A stretch of 21,661 nt of DNA from Pseudomonadota bacterium (lineage in GTDB: Bacteria; Bdellovibrionota; FAC87; UBA2466), in assembly GCA_043767805.1 (NCBI GenBank), contig JAYUGC010000174.1, positions 1 to 21,661 on the forward strand. The letters are read 5' to 3'. Each line of letters starts with the position of its first letter. Position 1 is the stretch's first letter. Below the pieces are notes generated by a model. It did not search any database and had not been told where the DNA came from. It saw nothing but the letters and a program-made list of their open reading frames with translations. Shown here piece by piece: positions 10,771-18,878 of the stretch. The translations under genes and the position numbers were made by a program.

Positions 10771-11106
10771 ATGAAGGCCGCCCTTACGCTCTGCGTTCTG
10801 CTTTTGGTGGCATGCGCGGGGCCAGAAAAAAAGACAAAAGAATCGACTGCTTCCTCCGCCTCAGAAGCTTCCGCCGAAGCGAATGAAAAAAAGCCGCCCG
10901 TCGCGAGCACGGTGACCTGCCAAAACGCGCACGAGAAACGCGTGCTGACACTTCAGACCGCGGAGAAAGGTTGCGAAGTCGTCTACGAGCGCAACGGCGA
11001 GAAGATGGTCGCCGCGAGCGCCAAAAACGATCCCACTCATTGCGCGAAGGTCATCGATCGCATCCGCGGCAATCTAGAAAAAGCCGGCTTCAAATGTGGG
11101 AGATAG
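10771..11106 (+). CDS. Hypothetical lipoprotein (111 aa)
   Basis: Signal peptide II MKAALTLCVLLLVA-C (lipobox LVAC), an S/A/E/K-rich linker and a small C-terminal domain with four Cys. Confidence 0.8.
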   Translation: MKAALTLCVLLLVACAGPEKKTKESTASSASEASAEANEKKPPVASTVTCQNAHEKRVLTLQTAEKGCEVVYERNGEKMVAASAKNDPTHCAKVIDRIRGNLEKAGFKCGR

Positions 11107-11134
11107 GAAGAGAGCGCATGCGCGTTCTCTCTTC
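11107..11134. terminator. Hairpin between convergent lipoprotein and FAH genes, possible bidirectional terminator
   Basis: Perfect inverted repeat GAAGAGAG(11107-11114)...CTCTCTTC(11127-11134), filling the entire intergenic gap. Confidence 0.5.
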
Positions 11135-11752
11135 TTAAGCAACGCTGACTGAGAGGCCCGCGGAAGTCCCGGCGATTTCCATCTCGATCTTGTCCCCGGA
11201 CGCCATCGGCCCAACGCCTTCTGGCGTTCCCGTGAAAATGAGGTCCCCCTCGGCCAAAGTGAAATACTTCGAGAGATAGTCAACGAGACCCTCGACCGAA
11301 GTCTCCATGTCACCCGTGTTGCCTCTTTGCTTCAGCTTTCCATTCTGAGACAGCGTAAAGGCAATATTTTTTGGGTCGACTCCGGCGGCGGGAAGAAAAT
11401 CTCCGAGTACCGCGAAGGTGTCGCAGCCCTTGGATAACGCCCAAGGATGACCTTTCTTCTTCGCTTCGGATTGCCAATCCCGCGCGGTGACGTCGATGCC
11501 GAGACCGTAACCCGCGACCACGCTATTGGGTCCCATGACGACGACGATCTCGCCTTCAAAATCCACGCGTCCGGCGCGGCTGGGCAGACGAATTTTTCCG
11601 CCTGGCAAGAGGACGCTCGAGAGCGGCTTAAGAAAGATTATGGGTTCCGGAGGAACCGTGTTCCCAAGTTCCTTGGCGTGGGCCGCGTAGTTCCGTCCGA
11701 TCCCGAAAATCGTCCGAATGGGTATCGCGAGGCCCGGTACGAGTAACGACAT
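11135..11752 (-). CDS. Fumarylacetoacetate hydrolase family protein, YcgM/FAHD1-like (205 aa; ORF-track start 11890 is too long)
   Basis: IFGIGRNYAAHAKELGN, PIIFLKP, DFEGE, GIDVTARDWQ, PWALSKGCDTF and GDLIFTGTPEGVG. Confidence 0.93.
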   Translation of the reverse strand: MSLLVPGLAIPIRTIFGIGRNYAAHAKELGNTVPPEPIIFLKPLSSVLLPGGKIRLPSRAGRVDFEGEIVVVMGPNSVVAGYGLGIDVTARDWQSEAKKKGHPWALSKGCDTFAVLGDFLPAAGVDPKNIAFTLSQNGKLKQRGNTGDMETSVEGLVDYLSKYFTLAEGDLIFTGTPEGVGPMASGDKIEMEIAGTSAGLSVSVA

Positions 11753-12989
11753 ACGGCAAGGATGGCATAGGCGCCGGAATTTGTCTTGCCTCCGCGTAGA
11801 GCGCTTCGAGCTCCTTGGCGAGCGGAGCCAATCGGAATTTCTCGGCGGCAACGAGCGCCGCTTTTTCAAAAGCCTCGCGAACGGAAACATTCGCGATCAC
11901 CGTTTGCAAAGCGGCCGCAAGCAAAACGGGATTTCCGGGTGGCACCAGCCGGCCGTTCCATCCGTCGATGACGGCGTCTCCATGCCCTCCGACCGCGGTC
12001 GCGACGACCGGCGTGCCGAGGGCCATCGCTTCCAACACCGTGAGCGGTAAAGGCTCGGGCCAAAGCGCGGGCGCCGCTAAAACGTCCACATGCCGGTGGA
12101 GCTCAATCAGGCGCTCGCGGCTGCAATGCCCCAGAAACTGCACGCCGTCCTTGAGGCCCAGGGCCTTGGCTTTGGCGCGCAAATCACTTTCACAAGGTCC
12201 GTTGCCGGCGATCCAAAGGACCGCGCCGGGTAACTCCTCGCGTACGCGGACCATGGCCGCGAGTAGCACTTCCACACCCTTGGTATCGACGAGTCGGCCC
12301 GCGAACAAAACGATCGCCTTCCCGTTTTCCTTGGGAAGGCGTTGCTCGTGCAAATCGGTCCCGTGATAGAGCACCCGGACGGGCACGCCCATCTCGGCTT
12401 CATACACGGATTGGACGTATGCGCTCGGCGCAATCCAAAACCGAATGCGCGAGAACAAGTTCGCAAAGCGCACGCGCTTTAAACGCTCATGGGCGTACTC
12501 GCCGACCGACAAACACTGGCTCGCCACGCAACCCAGTCCGAATGCGCTCTCACAAACGGTGGCGTCGGGACGAAGCTTGGTGGCGCGCGGGCAAATCGCC
12601 TTATAGGTGTGGGCGGTAGCGACCACCGGCACGCCCTTCAGCGGTTCTAAAACGAGGGGAGAGAGCTGACTCAAAAAACCGTGCAGATGGACCAAGTCCG
12701 GCTTCCACTCGGCGATGGCTTTTCCCATGATGGCCGCGGCGGAGCGATTGTGAAACTGCTGCCACCCTCGCCGAAGCCGGAAGTCCGACTCGGAGCCGCG
12801 GCAAAACCAGTCGTCGTGAAAAGGATCGCTATCGTCGGAAAGACGGAAAAGGGACTGGCCGCCTTTCACGTCGGTGGTGAGCCAGCGGACCTCGTGGCCT
12901 CGCTGACGGAGAGCTTCCGCCATGCCAAGCGCATACACCTCGGCGCCGCCGAAGAGATACCCGAAGTCATTTGCAAAAAGGATCCGCAC
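11628..12989 (-). CDS. Glycosyltransferase family 4 (GT-B) protein with an unusually long C-terminal tail; ORF-track start 13280 is too long
   Basis: N-terminus (M)RILFANDF...GGAEVY, GHEV, PDLVHLH, a Cys-rich insert, FAGRLVDTKGV and WPEPLPLTVLEAMALGTPVVAT..GG. GTG start at 12989. Confidence 0.9.
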   Translation of the reverse strand: MRILFANDFGYLFGGAEVYALGMAEALRQRGHEVRWLTTDVKGGQSLFRLSDDSDPFHDDWFCRGSESDFRLRRGWQQFHNRSAAAIMGKAIAEWKPDLVHLHGFLSQLSPLVLEPLKGVPVVATAHTYKAICPRATKLRPDATVCESAFGLGCVASQCLSVGEYAHERLKRVRFANLFSRIRFWIAPSAYVQSVYEAEMGVPVRVLYHGTDLHEQRLPKENGKAIVLFAGRLVDTKGVEVLLAAMVRVREELPGAVLWIAGNGPCESDLRAKAKALGLKDGVQFLGHCSRERLIELHRHVDVLAAPALWPEPLPLTVLEAMALGTPVVATAVGGHGDAVIDGWNGRLVPPGNPVLLAAALQTVIANVSVREAFEKAALVAAEKFRLAPLAKELEALYAEARQIPAPMPSLPYVVTRTGPRDTHSDDFRDRTELRGPRQGTWEHGSSGTHNLS

Positions 12990-13106
12990 GGAATTCAAGG
13001 CAATATACACCCTGATCCCGGCGCCGTTAAGGTGACTCATAAGATTGAATGGCGCTTCGCGTGATTCCGTTGAAGCTCTCCCCGCCTCCGGAGTAAGGTG
13101 AGCCCG

Positions 13107-13544
13107 ATGATTGAAGTCCGCCGTCTCACCGCCTCCGAAACTTGGCCTCTGCGTCAAAGTCAGCTGCGTCCCCATCAAACCGTCCAGGAAATGCGTTATC
13201 CGGGAGACGACGCGGACGCCACCCGGCATTTCGGCGCCTGGTCGGACGCAGAGCTCGTGGGGATCGCGAGCCTTTACCAAGAACCGCTTCCCGAAAAGCC
13301 GGCCGTAACCGGTTGGCGATTACGAGGCATGGCGGTCCTACCCAGCCAACGCCGCGCGGGAGTCGGCGCAAAGCTCGTCGAGGCATGCCTGGATCATGCG
13401 CGGCGGGAAGGCGGTGGCCTCATTTGGTGCAACGCCCGCGAAAACGCGCTGGCCTTCTACGCGAGCCTTGGCTTTACCTCACTTAGAGGCCCCTTCGACT
13501 TGCCCGGGATCGGCCCGCATTTCCTGCTGATCCGGGACCTGTAG
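13107..13544 (+). CDS. GNAT family N-acetyltransferase (alternative GTG start 13098)
   Basis: PLRQSQLRP, WRLRGMAVLPSQRRAGVGAKL acetyl-CoA motif, IWCNAR..A..FYASLGF and GIGPH. Confidence 0.9.
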   Translation: MIEVRRLTASETWPLRQSQLRPHQTVQEMRYPGDDADATRHFGAWSDAELVGIASLYQEPLPEKPAVTGWRLRGMAVLPSQRRAGVGAKLVEACLDHARREGGGLIWCNARENALAFYASLGFTSLRGPFDLPGIGPHFLLIRDL

Positions 13545-13621
13545 ACCGGTAGTGCGCGCCCAAAAGTCAGTCTCCTCCGGCCGCTTTGTCGCCCTCTGCG
13601 AGTGGGGGATGCGGGAAAAAC

Positions 13622-13637
13622 CGGCATTTCGTATGCA
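13622..13637 (+). promoter_or_regulatory. Candidate sigma54 (-24/-12) promoter
   Basis: CGGCATTTCGTATGCA has GG(13623-24)-N10-GC(13635-36), about 50 nt upstream of ATG 13689. Confidence 0.5.
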
Positions 13638-13688
13638 CGTTTAATCCTTCGAAAGACCCGTCCGGAGATGGTTTGGGGGGAGGATCGG

Positions 13689-15287
13689 ATGGTACGCTTT
13701 TTCGTCGCGCTCTCGTTACTCGTCCCGGCTTTTGCCCTGGCGGTGGAGACCAGCTCGGAGGACCTTCGCGCTCAGATCCAGCGTCTCGAAGCCGCGCTCA
13801 AACAAAACGCTCTCTCTCAAAAAACCAGCGCCGAAACGTTTCAAGCTCTCGAGAAAGAAAAAGAGGAGCGTTTCACCAAGAAGAAAGAAGAAGTTGCCGA
13901 GGCCTTGGTTACCCTCCCCGTGAAAGCTTTCCCGAGCCCCACTTCGGCCAGAGAAAGAAGGGGAGAGAGTCAGATTCAAGCGAGTCTCGTAAGGTACGCG
14001 GGGCAGCAGTTCGAACTGCTCTCCAAAGTCGCGGACTCCGATGCGAATGAAGTCTTGCCCGCTCTCGACGCGAAGGCGGCAGCGCCGGACCTCACTTCTT
14101 TTGCGACACTCAAACAAAGACTCAACCAAGTAGGCGATCAGGTCTTATCGAGAGAAGGCGCTCTCGGGTCGGTCGCCGACATGATCAAAGCTCGAGTCGA
14201 AGCGATACGGGCGCAAGAAAAACCACGCACCGCGAGCGACACCGACTCCTCGGAAGATCATCCAGGGACTCCCGACGAAGCTCTCGTGAAAAAAGCGGAA
14301 TCCACCTTGAATCAGCAAATCGCCGCCGAGTTCGAAAGAAGCGCGAAGCTTGCCGACGGCTACTTCAAATTAGCGGAAGAAAAACTCCAGCCGCTTGCCG
14401 ACGGCGAGACGAAGGCCGAGCAGGACAAAGCCATCGCCCGTAACGAAACTCCGCCCGAGACACAGCCCCCGGCCTCTTTAGGACAGGAACCTCAGGCGCC
14501 GGAACCGCCTCCTCAGGCTCCGCCGAATTCCCAAAATCAAAACCAGGCGTCTCAGCAAAAACCCATGAACCAGAACGCCCAAAACACGAGGCCCCGAAGC
14601 GCAGCGGGCGGCGGACAACAGGCGGGCGCGGACTCGAAATCGGATCACCCTTCGCTCGCGCCCGCGAAAATCGCCTCACCGGGATCGATTCCGGAAGTCG
14701 GTAGGCTCACGATGGAGAGCCCGGGCGAAACGGATCTTTCCGCCGTGGCCGATGCGACTCGGAGAATAGCGAACGCAGCGTCCCTCACGGAAGCGTTTCC
14801 CGTCGCCCCCTTGCCGATCTCGCAAAACCCATTTTCGAACCCCGCTTCCCTTCCCCCCGCCGCGGTGGCCGCCGAACCGGCCCGAAGCGTGGCAAGTCTT
14901 CAGGGGAACCGGACCCCCGGTTCCTCCGTGGCGAACCGGGAGGGAACCATGACGGAGAGCGAGCCCACTCAGCCTTCGACGGGCAACGCTGCTTTTGCAA
15001 AGACCAACGCGAACGCCTCGGGAGGAGAAGCCGGGGTCTTTAACGTAGATCCCAAATATCGAGCCAACGACGAGCGCCGTCCGCAGCGGGTAAGCGTGGG
15101 TTTTTCGAACGGCGGAGAAGAAGACGACGAGGAAGGCTCGCCTCAAAGCGTGAGTAGTCTCGTCTATAACGGAAGTTCCGGCCTTCCTCTGCTTACTGGC
15201 GGACCGCCGCGAGTCCAGCGAGGCATCTTGAGCCACGTCGGCGAGTGGTGCCGCACCCTCGGCCGCGTCTCGGTTTGCGCCAAATAG
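13689..15287 (+). CDS. Hypothetical secreted protein (532 aa) with helical/coiled-coil N-half, P/Q/N/S-rich low-complexity C-half and a terminal Cys pair
   Basis: Strong SD GGGGAGG 5 nt before ATG 13689 and signal peptide MVRFFVALSLLVPAFALA. No family recognised. Confidence 0.8.
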   Translation: MVRFFVALSLLVPAFALAVETSSEDLRAQIQRLEAALKQNALSQKTSAETFQALEKEKEERFTKKKEEVAEALVTLPVKAFPSPTSARERRGESQIQASLVRYAGQQFELLSKVADSDANEVLPALDAKAAAPDLTSFATLKQRLNQVGDQVLSREGALGSVADMIKARVEAIRAQEKPRTASDTDSSEDHPGTPDEALVKKAESTLNQQIAAEFERSAKLADGYFKLAEEKLQPLADGETKAEQDKAIARNETPPETQPPASLGQEPQAPEPPPQAPPNSQNQNQASQQKPMNQNAQNTRPRSAAGGGQQAGADSKSDHPSLAPAKIASPGSIPEVGRLTMESPGETDLSAVADATRRIANAASLTEAFPVAPLPISQNPFSNPASLPPAAVAAEPARSVASLQGNRTPGSSVANREGTMTESEPTQPSTGNAAFAKTNANASGGEAGVFNVDPKYRANDERRPQRVSVGFSNGGEEDDEEGSPQSVSSLVYNGSSGLPLLTGGPPRVQRGILSHVGEWCRTLGRVSVCAK

Positions 15288-15350
15288 CCTGAAGTTGACT
15301 AAATTTCGACTCGCCAGGAGAGTGACCTCTAACCGTACCGGAGGTAACTC

Positions 15351-16409
15351 ATGCCGCTTTTCAGAAGCTTGGTCGCTCTAATCGCCCTGCTCCCCGCCTT
15401 GAGCTCGGCTTGCACCACCCTGGCCCTTCCCCAGAGTCCCGAAAAGATGGGCGGTAAGAGTTATGATTGGTTTCAGCACCATGGTCTCGCTTTGGTAAAC
15501 GCGCGCAACGTGAAAAAGACGGCGCTCCTACTCACCGCCGATAAGCCGGCGCAGTGGGTCTCCAAGTACGGAAGCCTGACTTTCAATCAGCACGGACGAG
15601 AAATGCCTCTCGCCGGAATGAACGAAAAGGGCCTCACCGTCGACATCATGATCCTCGATTCGACGGAGTACGCCCCCGCTGGCAAGACCCCCGCGATTAC
15701 CGAGTTGCAGTGGATTCAATACATTCTCGATGGAGCGGCGAACGTTACCGAGGCGGTTCAGCTCGCGAACGCCGTAAACATTGTCCCGGCGGTCGCCAAA
15801 GTTCATTTCATGGTCTGCGACGTAACCGGTGACTGCGCGACGTTCGAGTACTTGAAGCGTGGCCTCGACGTTCATCATGGTTTGAAGGGTCCCCTCACCG
15901 TACTCACCAACAGCGAGTACTCCGAGTCCTTAAAATATTTGCGAACCTTCTCCGGTTTCGGCGGGGCGCGGCCGACGCCGTCCGGCAGCAGTTCCCTCTC
16001 TCGTTTTGTGCGAGCGGCTACTTACGTGCAGAACTATGACCCGGCCAAAGTCTCCGACCCCGTTACCTCCGTCTTCGCCGCGCTCGCTTCGGTAAAGCAA
16101 GCTGACACCACCTGGAATCTCGTCTACGAGCGCGGCAACCGCCGCATTCACTTCCGCACAAAGGGCTTGCCGAAAATCAAGACGATCGATACCTCGAAGC
16201 TCGACTACTCTTGCAAGAAAAAGCCCCAGTTCGTCGACATGAAAACCTCGAGTACTCAAGGGGATGTGACGGGGGATCTCGCCGACTTCAATGCTCTGAC
16301 GAACTCGGCGCTCGTTCAAACCGGAATGACACCCTTCGCGAGACAAGTTCCGGCGGGAACTCTCGATCGCATTGCCCAATACCCGGCGACGCTCCAATGT
16401 CTCGAATAG
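15351..16409 (+). CDS. Exported linear amide C-N hydrolase (choloylglycine hydrolase / penicillin V acylase family, Ntn hydrolase; 352 aa)
   Basis: SD GGAGGT (15340-15345), signal peptide followed by the catalytic N-terminal Cys (SSA|CTT), and motifs GKSYDW, WVSKYGS, GMNEKGL, WIQYILD, VLTNS and SLSRFVRA. Confidence 0.92.
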   Translation: MPLFRSLVALIALLPALSSACTTLALPQSPEKMGGKSYDWFQHHGLALVNARNVKKTALLLTADKPAQWVSKYGSLTFNQHGREMPLAGMNEKGLTVDIMILDSTEYAPAGKTPAITELQWIQYILDGAANVTEAVQLANAVNIVPAVAKVHFMVCDVTGDCATFEYLKRGLDVHHGLKGPLTVLTNSEYSESLKYLRTFSGFGGARPTPSGSSSLSRFVRAATYVQNYDPAKVSDPVTSVFAALASVKQADTTWNLVYERGNRRIHFRTKGLPKIKTIDTSKLDYSCKKKPQFVDMKTSSTQGDVTGDLADFNALTNSALVQTGMTPFARQVPAGTLDRIAQYPATLQCLE

Positions 16410-16434
16410 AGACTTACAAGCTTAACGAGTAGTT

Positions 16435-16854
16435 TTACCAAACGCTTTTTCGGGCGGGTAGCCGGTCGTAAAGACGGGCCGCACTCTCGTTTGAGTACTG
16501 CGTTTGCCATTCGAGCCGGCGCACGCCGCAACAGCGCGCGTAGGAGGTCGCGTGCGCGATGAGCGCCGTCGCGACTCCTTCTCGGCGAGTGGGAACCGTA
16601 TAGAGATCGTTCAAGACGCAGTTTCTTCCGGCGGAAACACTCGAGAGCTGCCAATAGACAGTCGCGAAGCCTACCGCCTCTCGTTTCTCGTCCAAGGCAA
16701 GAAACTGAATGCCCTCTTCGTGGGAATTCAAGAAGCGCCGGAAATAAAACTCGTTCAGCTGGGCGTTGGGATCGGCCCCGTAAAAGCGCTGGTACTCGGC
16801 GATGAGCGGCAAGAGGAGAGCGAAATTTCCGACGTCCACTACTTCGATTTGCAT
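16435..16854 (-). CDS. GNAT family N-acetyltransferase (139 aa; the frame continues past TAA to 16414, so possibly truncated)
   Basis: YQRFY, AVGFATVY, LNDLYTVPTRREGVATALI and WQT...N.SA.RLYD. Starts 3 nt after the FAD oxidoreductase stop. Confidence 0.85.
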   Translation of the reverse strand: MQIEVVDVGNFALLLPLIAEYQRFYGADPNAQLNEFYFRRFLNSHEEGIQFLALDEKREAVGFATVYWQLSSVSAGRNCVLNDLYTVPTRREGVATALIAHATSYARCCGVRRLEWQTQYSNESAARLYDRLPARKSVW

Positions 16855-16857
16855 CCG

Positions 16858-17940
16858 TTACTTTCTGTGTTCCAAGCGCTTCTCGGCCATAACGGCCATT
16901 CGTTTTCCGATCGAGGGAGCGATTTTAAATCCAGTGCCACTGAAGCCGGCCGCGACCAGTAGTCCCGCCGCCGAGCCGACTTCCGCCATGAGACCGCGCC
17001 CGTCGGCGGTATAAGCTTCATGCACGCGAAACGCGCCGGTGAGCCGGCATTTCGCAATGCCCCTCACGGTGCGCGAGGCGAGCTGACGCACCCGGCGGGT
17101 CTCGCCGGGATCGGCCGCCGCTTCGCGAAGCAGTCCTTGCGTCGAGATGGCCGAGCTCGAGCCCACCATGGTCGCGGAGTCTCCGTCAGGCCTTCCGTAA
17201 GAATGCGTGTCGTGGTCGAAAAAGATCGGGTGCAGGCCTCGCGGCCTCTCGCCGCGAAAACGCTGAATCTGGAGGGACTTCGATTCCAGCGGCGCTTTGA
17301 CGCCGAGAGGAGCGAGAAGCTCTGAAGTCCACGCGCCGGCGGCTACGATGACCACTGAAGATCGGAACTCGCCTTGATCGGTGACTACCCCTTGGACCTT
17401 ACCGTCGTGCACCAAGATCTCGCGCACCCGGACACTTTCCCGGCAATCCGCCCCGAGCGTAACCGCTCGGCGCACCCAGGCTTTGGTGGTGGCTACCGGA
17501 TCGGCGTACCCCGCATCCGGTTCGTAAATCGCAAAGCAGCGCTCGGGCCAGGCAATCTGCGGAAAGCGGGCTTCCCCGGCCTTCTTGTCGAGGATCTCGA
17601 TGCGATGCCCGAGCCGGCGAAGCCGCTCCAAAGTCCCGTGGAGCTCCGAGAGCCGGGAGGTCGGCTCGAAGTAGAGTGAGCCCGTGGCTTTGAAGCCACA
17701 CTCATAGCCCACTTCCTTTTCGAATTTCAGGTAGTGAGGCAGGCTTTCCGCCGCGAGAGTGGTCAGCGCGCTCGATTGATGAAAGACTCGAATCATCGCC
17801 GCCGATTTTCCCGTGCTGCCGCTGGCAAGCGTTCCCCGGTCCATGAGGAGCGTGCGGTGTACGCCTTTCCTCGCGAGTGAATAAAGAATGGAAGCGCCCG
17901 CGGCGCCTCCTCCGATGACGATCACTTCATAGTTAGACAT
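16858..17940 (-). CDS. FAD-dependent oxidoreductase, DAO / sarcosine oxidase beta-like family (360 aa; ORF-track start 18033)
   Basis: Rossmann motif VIVIGGGAAG, GSTGKSAAMIR, GYADP, VAAGAW and GFSGTGFKIAPSIG. SD AAGGGAG precedes ATG 17940. Confidence 0.92.
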   Translation of the reverse strand: MSNYEVIVIGGGAAGASILYSLARKGVHRTLLMDRGTLASGSTGKSAAMIRVFHQSSALTTLAAESLPHYLKFEKEVGYECGFKATGSLYFEPTSRLSELHGTLERLRRLGHRIEILDKKAGEARFPQIAWPERCFAIYEPDAGYADPVATTKAWVRRAVTLGADCRESVRVREILVHDGKVQGVVTDQGEFRSSVVIVAAGAWTSELLAPLGVKAPLESKSLQIQRFRGERPRGLHPIFFDHDTHSYGRPDGDSATMVGSSSAISTQGLLREAAADPGETRRVRQLASRTVRGIAKCRLTGAFRVHEAYTADGRGLMAEVGSAAGLLVAAGFSGTGFKIAPSIGKRMAVMAEKRLEHRK

Positions 17941-18078
17941 GGGGAGTGCTCCCTTCGTACGGAACTGCCGTAATGGATACAACCTACCGCCTAGTCGTCT
18001 AGCTCCATAATCGGACTGGCCTATGGACGCCATTGGAACGTCCTATGACCCAAGTGCCAAATTAGGAACCGGACCGCT

Positions 18079-18096
18079 TTAAGTAAAATGACTTAA
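18079..18096. promoter_or_regulatory. Palindromic candidate operator TTAAGT-N6-ACTTAA
   Basis: Perfect 6-6-6 inverted repeat in the AT-rich divergent intergenic region between the FAD oxidoreductase and cupin genes. Confidence 0.4.
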
Positions 18097-18188
18097 TCCG
18101 CACGATAACGTTCGAGAAAAGGGAACGAAGGCGATTTGACTTCCTCCGCTCAAAGTCGATCATGGAGGAGCAACGGAGGAGACACTCA

Positions 18189-18527
18189 ATGGATGCTCAA
18201 GGCTTTTCGATCGGGGCCTTACTCGAATCGGCGAAGGACGCGCCCGACGGCTGGATTCAGTTCATGAAGGCCGACGACCTTAGAGCGGGCGTGTACCGCT
18301 TGGACGCCGGCGCGGACGATCTTCAGGAGCCTCACGAGGAAGACGAGATCTACTACGCCCTCGCCGGCAAAGCGGACCTAGTGGTGCAAACGCCCTGGGG
18401 AGAAAAAGTCTTGCCAGTGCAAGAAGGCAGCGTGCTTTACGTGCCGAAAAAAGCGAAGCACCGGTTCCGCGATATCCGGGAGCGCCTGGAGCTTTTGGTC
18501 TTCTTCGCTTCTCCCTCGAGAGATTAA
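18189..18527 (+). CDS. Cupin domain protein (112 aa; ORF-track start 18162)
   Basis: GVYRL.AGADDLQEPHEEDEIYY..G.A and GSVLYVP..AKHRF cupin metal motifs. SD GGAGGAGA precedes ATG 18189. Confidence 0.9.
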   Translation: MDAQGFSIGALLESAKDAPDGWIQFMKADDLRAGVYRLDAGADDLQEPHEEDEIYYALAGKADLVVQTPWGEKVLPVQEGSVLYVPKKAKHRFRDIRERLELLVFFASPSRD

Positions 18528-18832
18528 AGTCCGTTGCCACCTAAACACGGCGGCGACTGACCGGCCGAGGTCTTTTTCCATTCTTCGGCGGTGTGCGCCT
18601 TTACGCTCAAGGCATGGACGCCGCCTTTGAGCTCCGCATCCAGGAGCTCGTACACGAGCCGATGCCGCGCGAGTAGTCCAAGGCCTAGGAACTTTTCCGA
18701 AACTACCACGACTTTGAAATGCGTCTCACTTCCCGGCGCGACGCTATGGCGGTAACTCTCGTTCTCCACTTCCAAGTGGCTGGGCGCGAGGGCCGACGTG
18801 AGCTTGGTCTCGATCGAAGCATGAATGGACAT
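18524..18832 (-). CDS. bolA: BolA family protein (102 aa; ORF-track start 18844)
   Basis: HLEVENESYRH, GSETHFKVVVVS..F.G, RHRLVY, GVHAL and C-terminal SPPCLGG. SD GGAG precedes ATG 18832. Confidence 0.95.
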   Translation of the reverse strand: MSIHASIETKLTSALAPSHLEVENESYRHSVAPGSETHFKVVVVSEKFLGLGLLARHRLVYELLDAELKGGVHALSVKAHTAEEWKKTSAGQSPPCLGGNGL

Positions 18833-18860
18833 GGGTTTCTCCAATGACGCAGTAGTCTAA

Positions 18861-18878
18861 CCTAGTCCTAGACCTAGC
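18861..18878. repeat. Three tandem 6-bp repeats CCTAGT-CCTAGA-CCTAGC
   Basis: Read directly in the bolA / beta-barrel divergent intergenic region. Confidence 0.7.

Noticed and set aside
11753..11890. N-terminal extension of the FAH ORF
   Set aside because: Off-frame reading of the GT4 gene. Family similarity begins after ATG 11752.
12990..13280. 97-aa N-terminal extension of the GT4 ORF
   Set aside because: Overlaps the divergent GNAT gene. The GT4 fold starts at (M)RILF, and a promoter-like TTAACG-N17-TATATT lies just upstream of GTG 12989.
14440..14700. P/Q/N-rich stretch as a DNA tandem repeat
   Set aside because: Low complexity at the protein level only. No regular nucleotide repeat unit.
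18045..18060. TTGGCAC on the minus strand as a sigma54 promoter for the FAD oxidoreductase
   Set aside because: Good -24 box, but the -12 position reads AT instead of the required GC.
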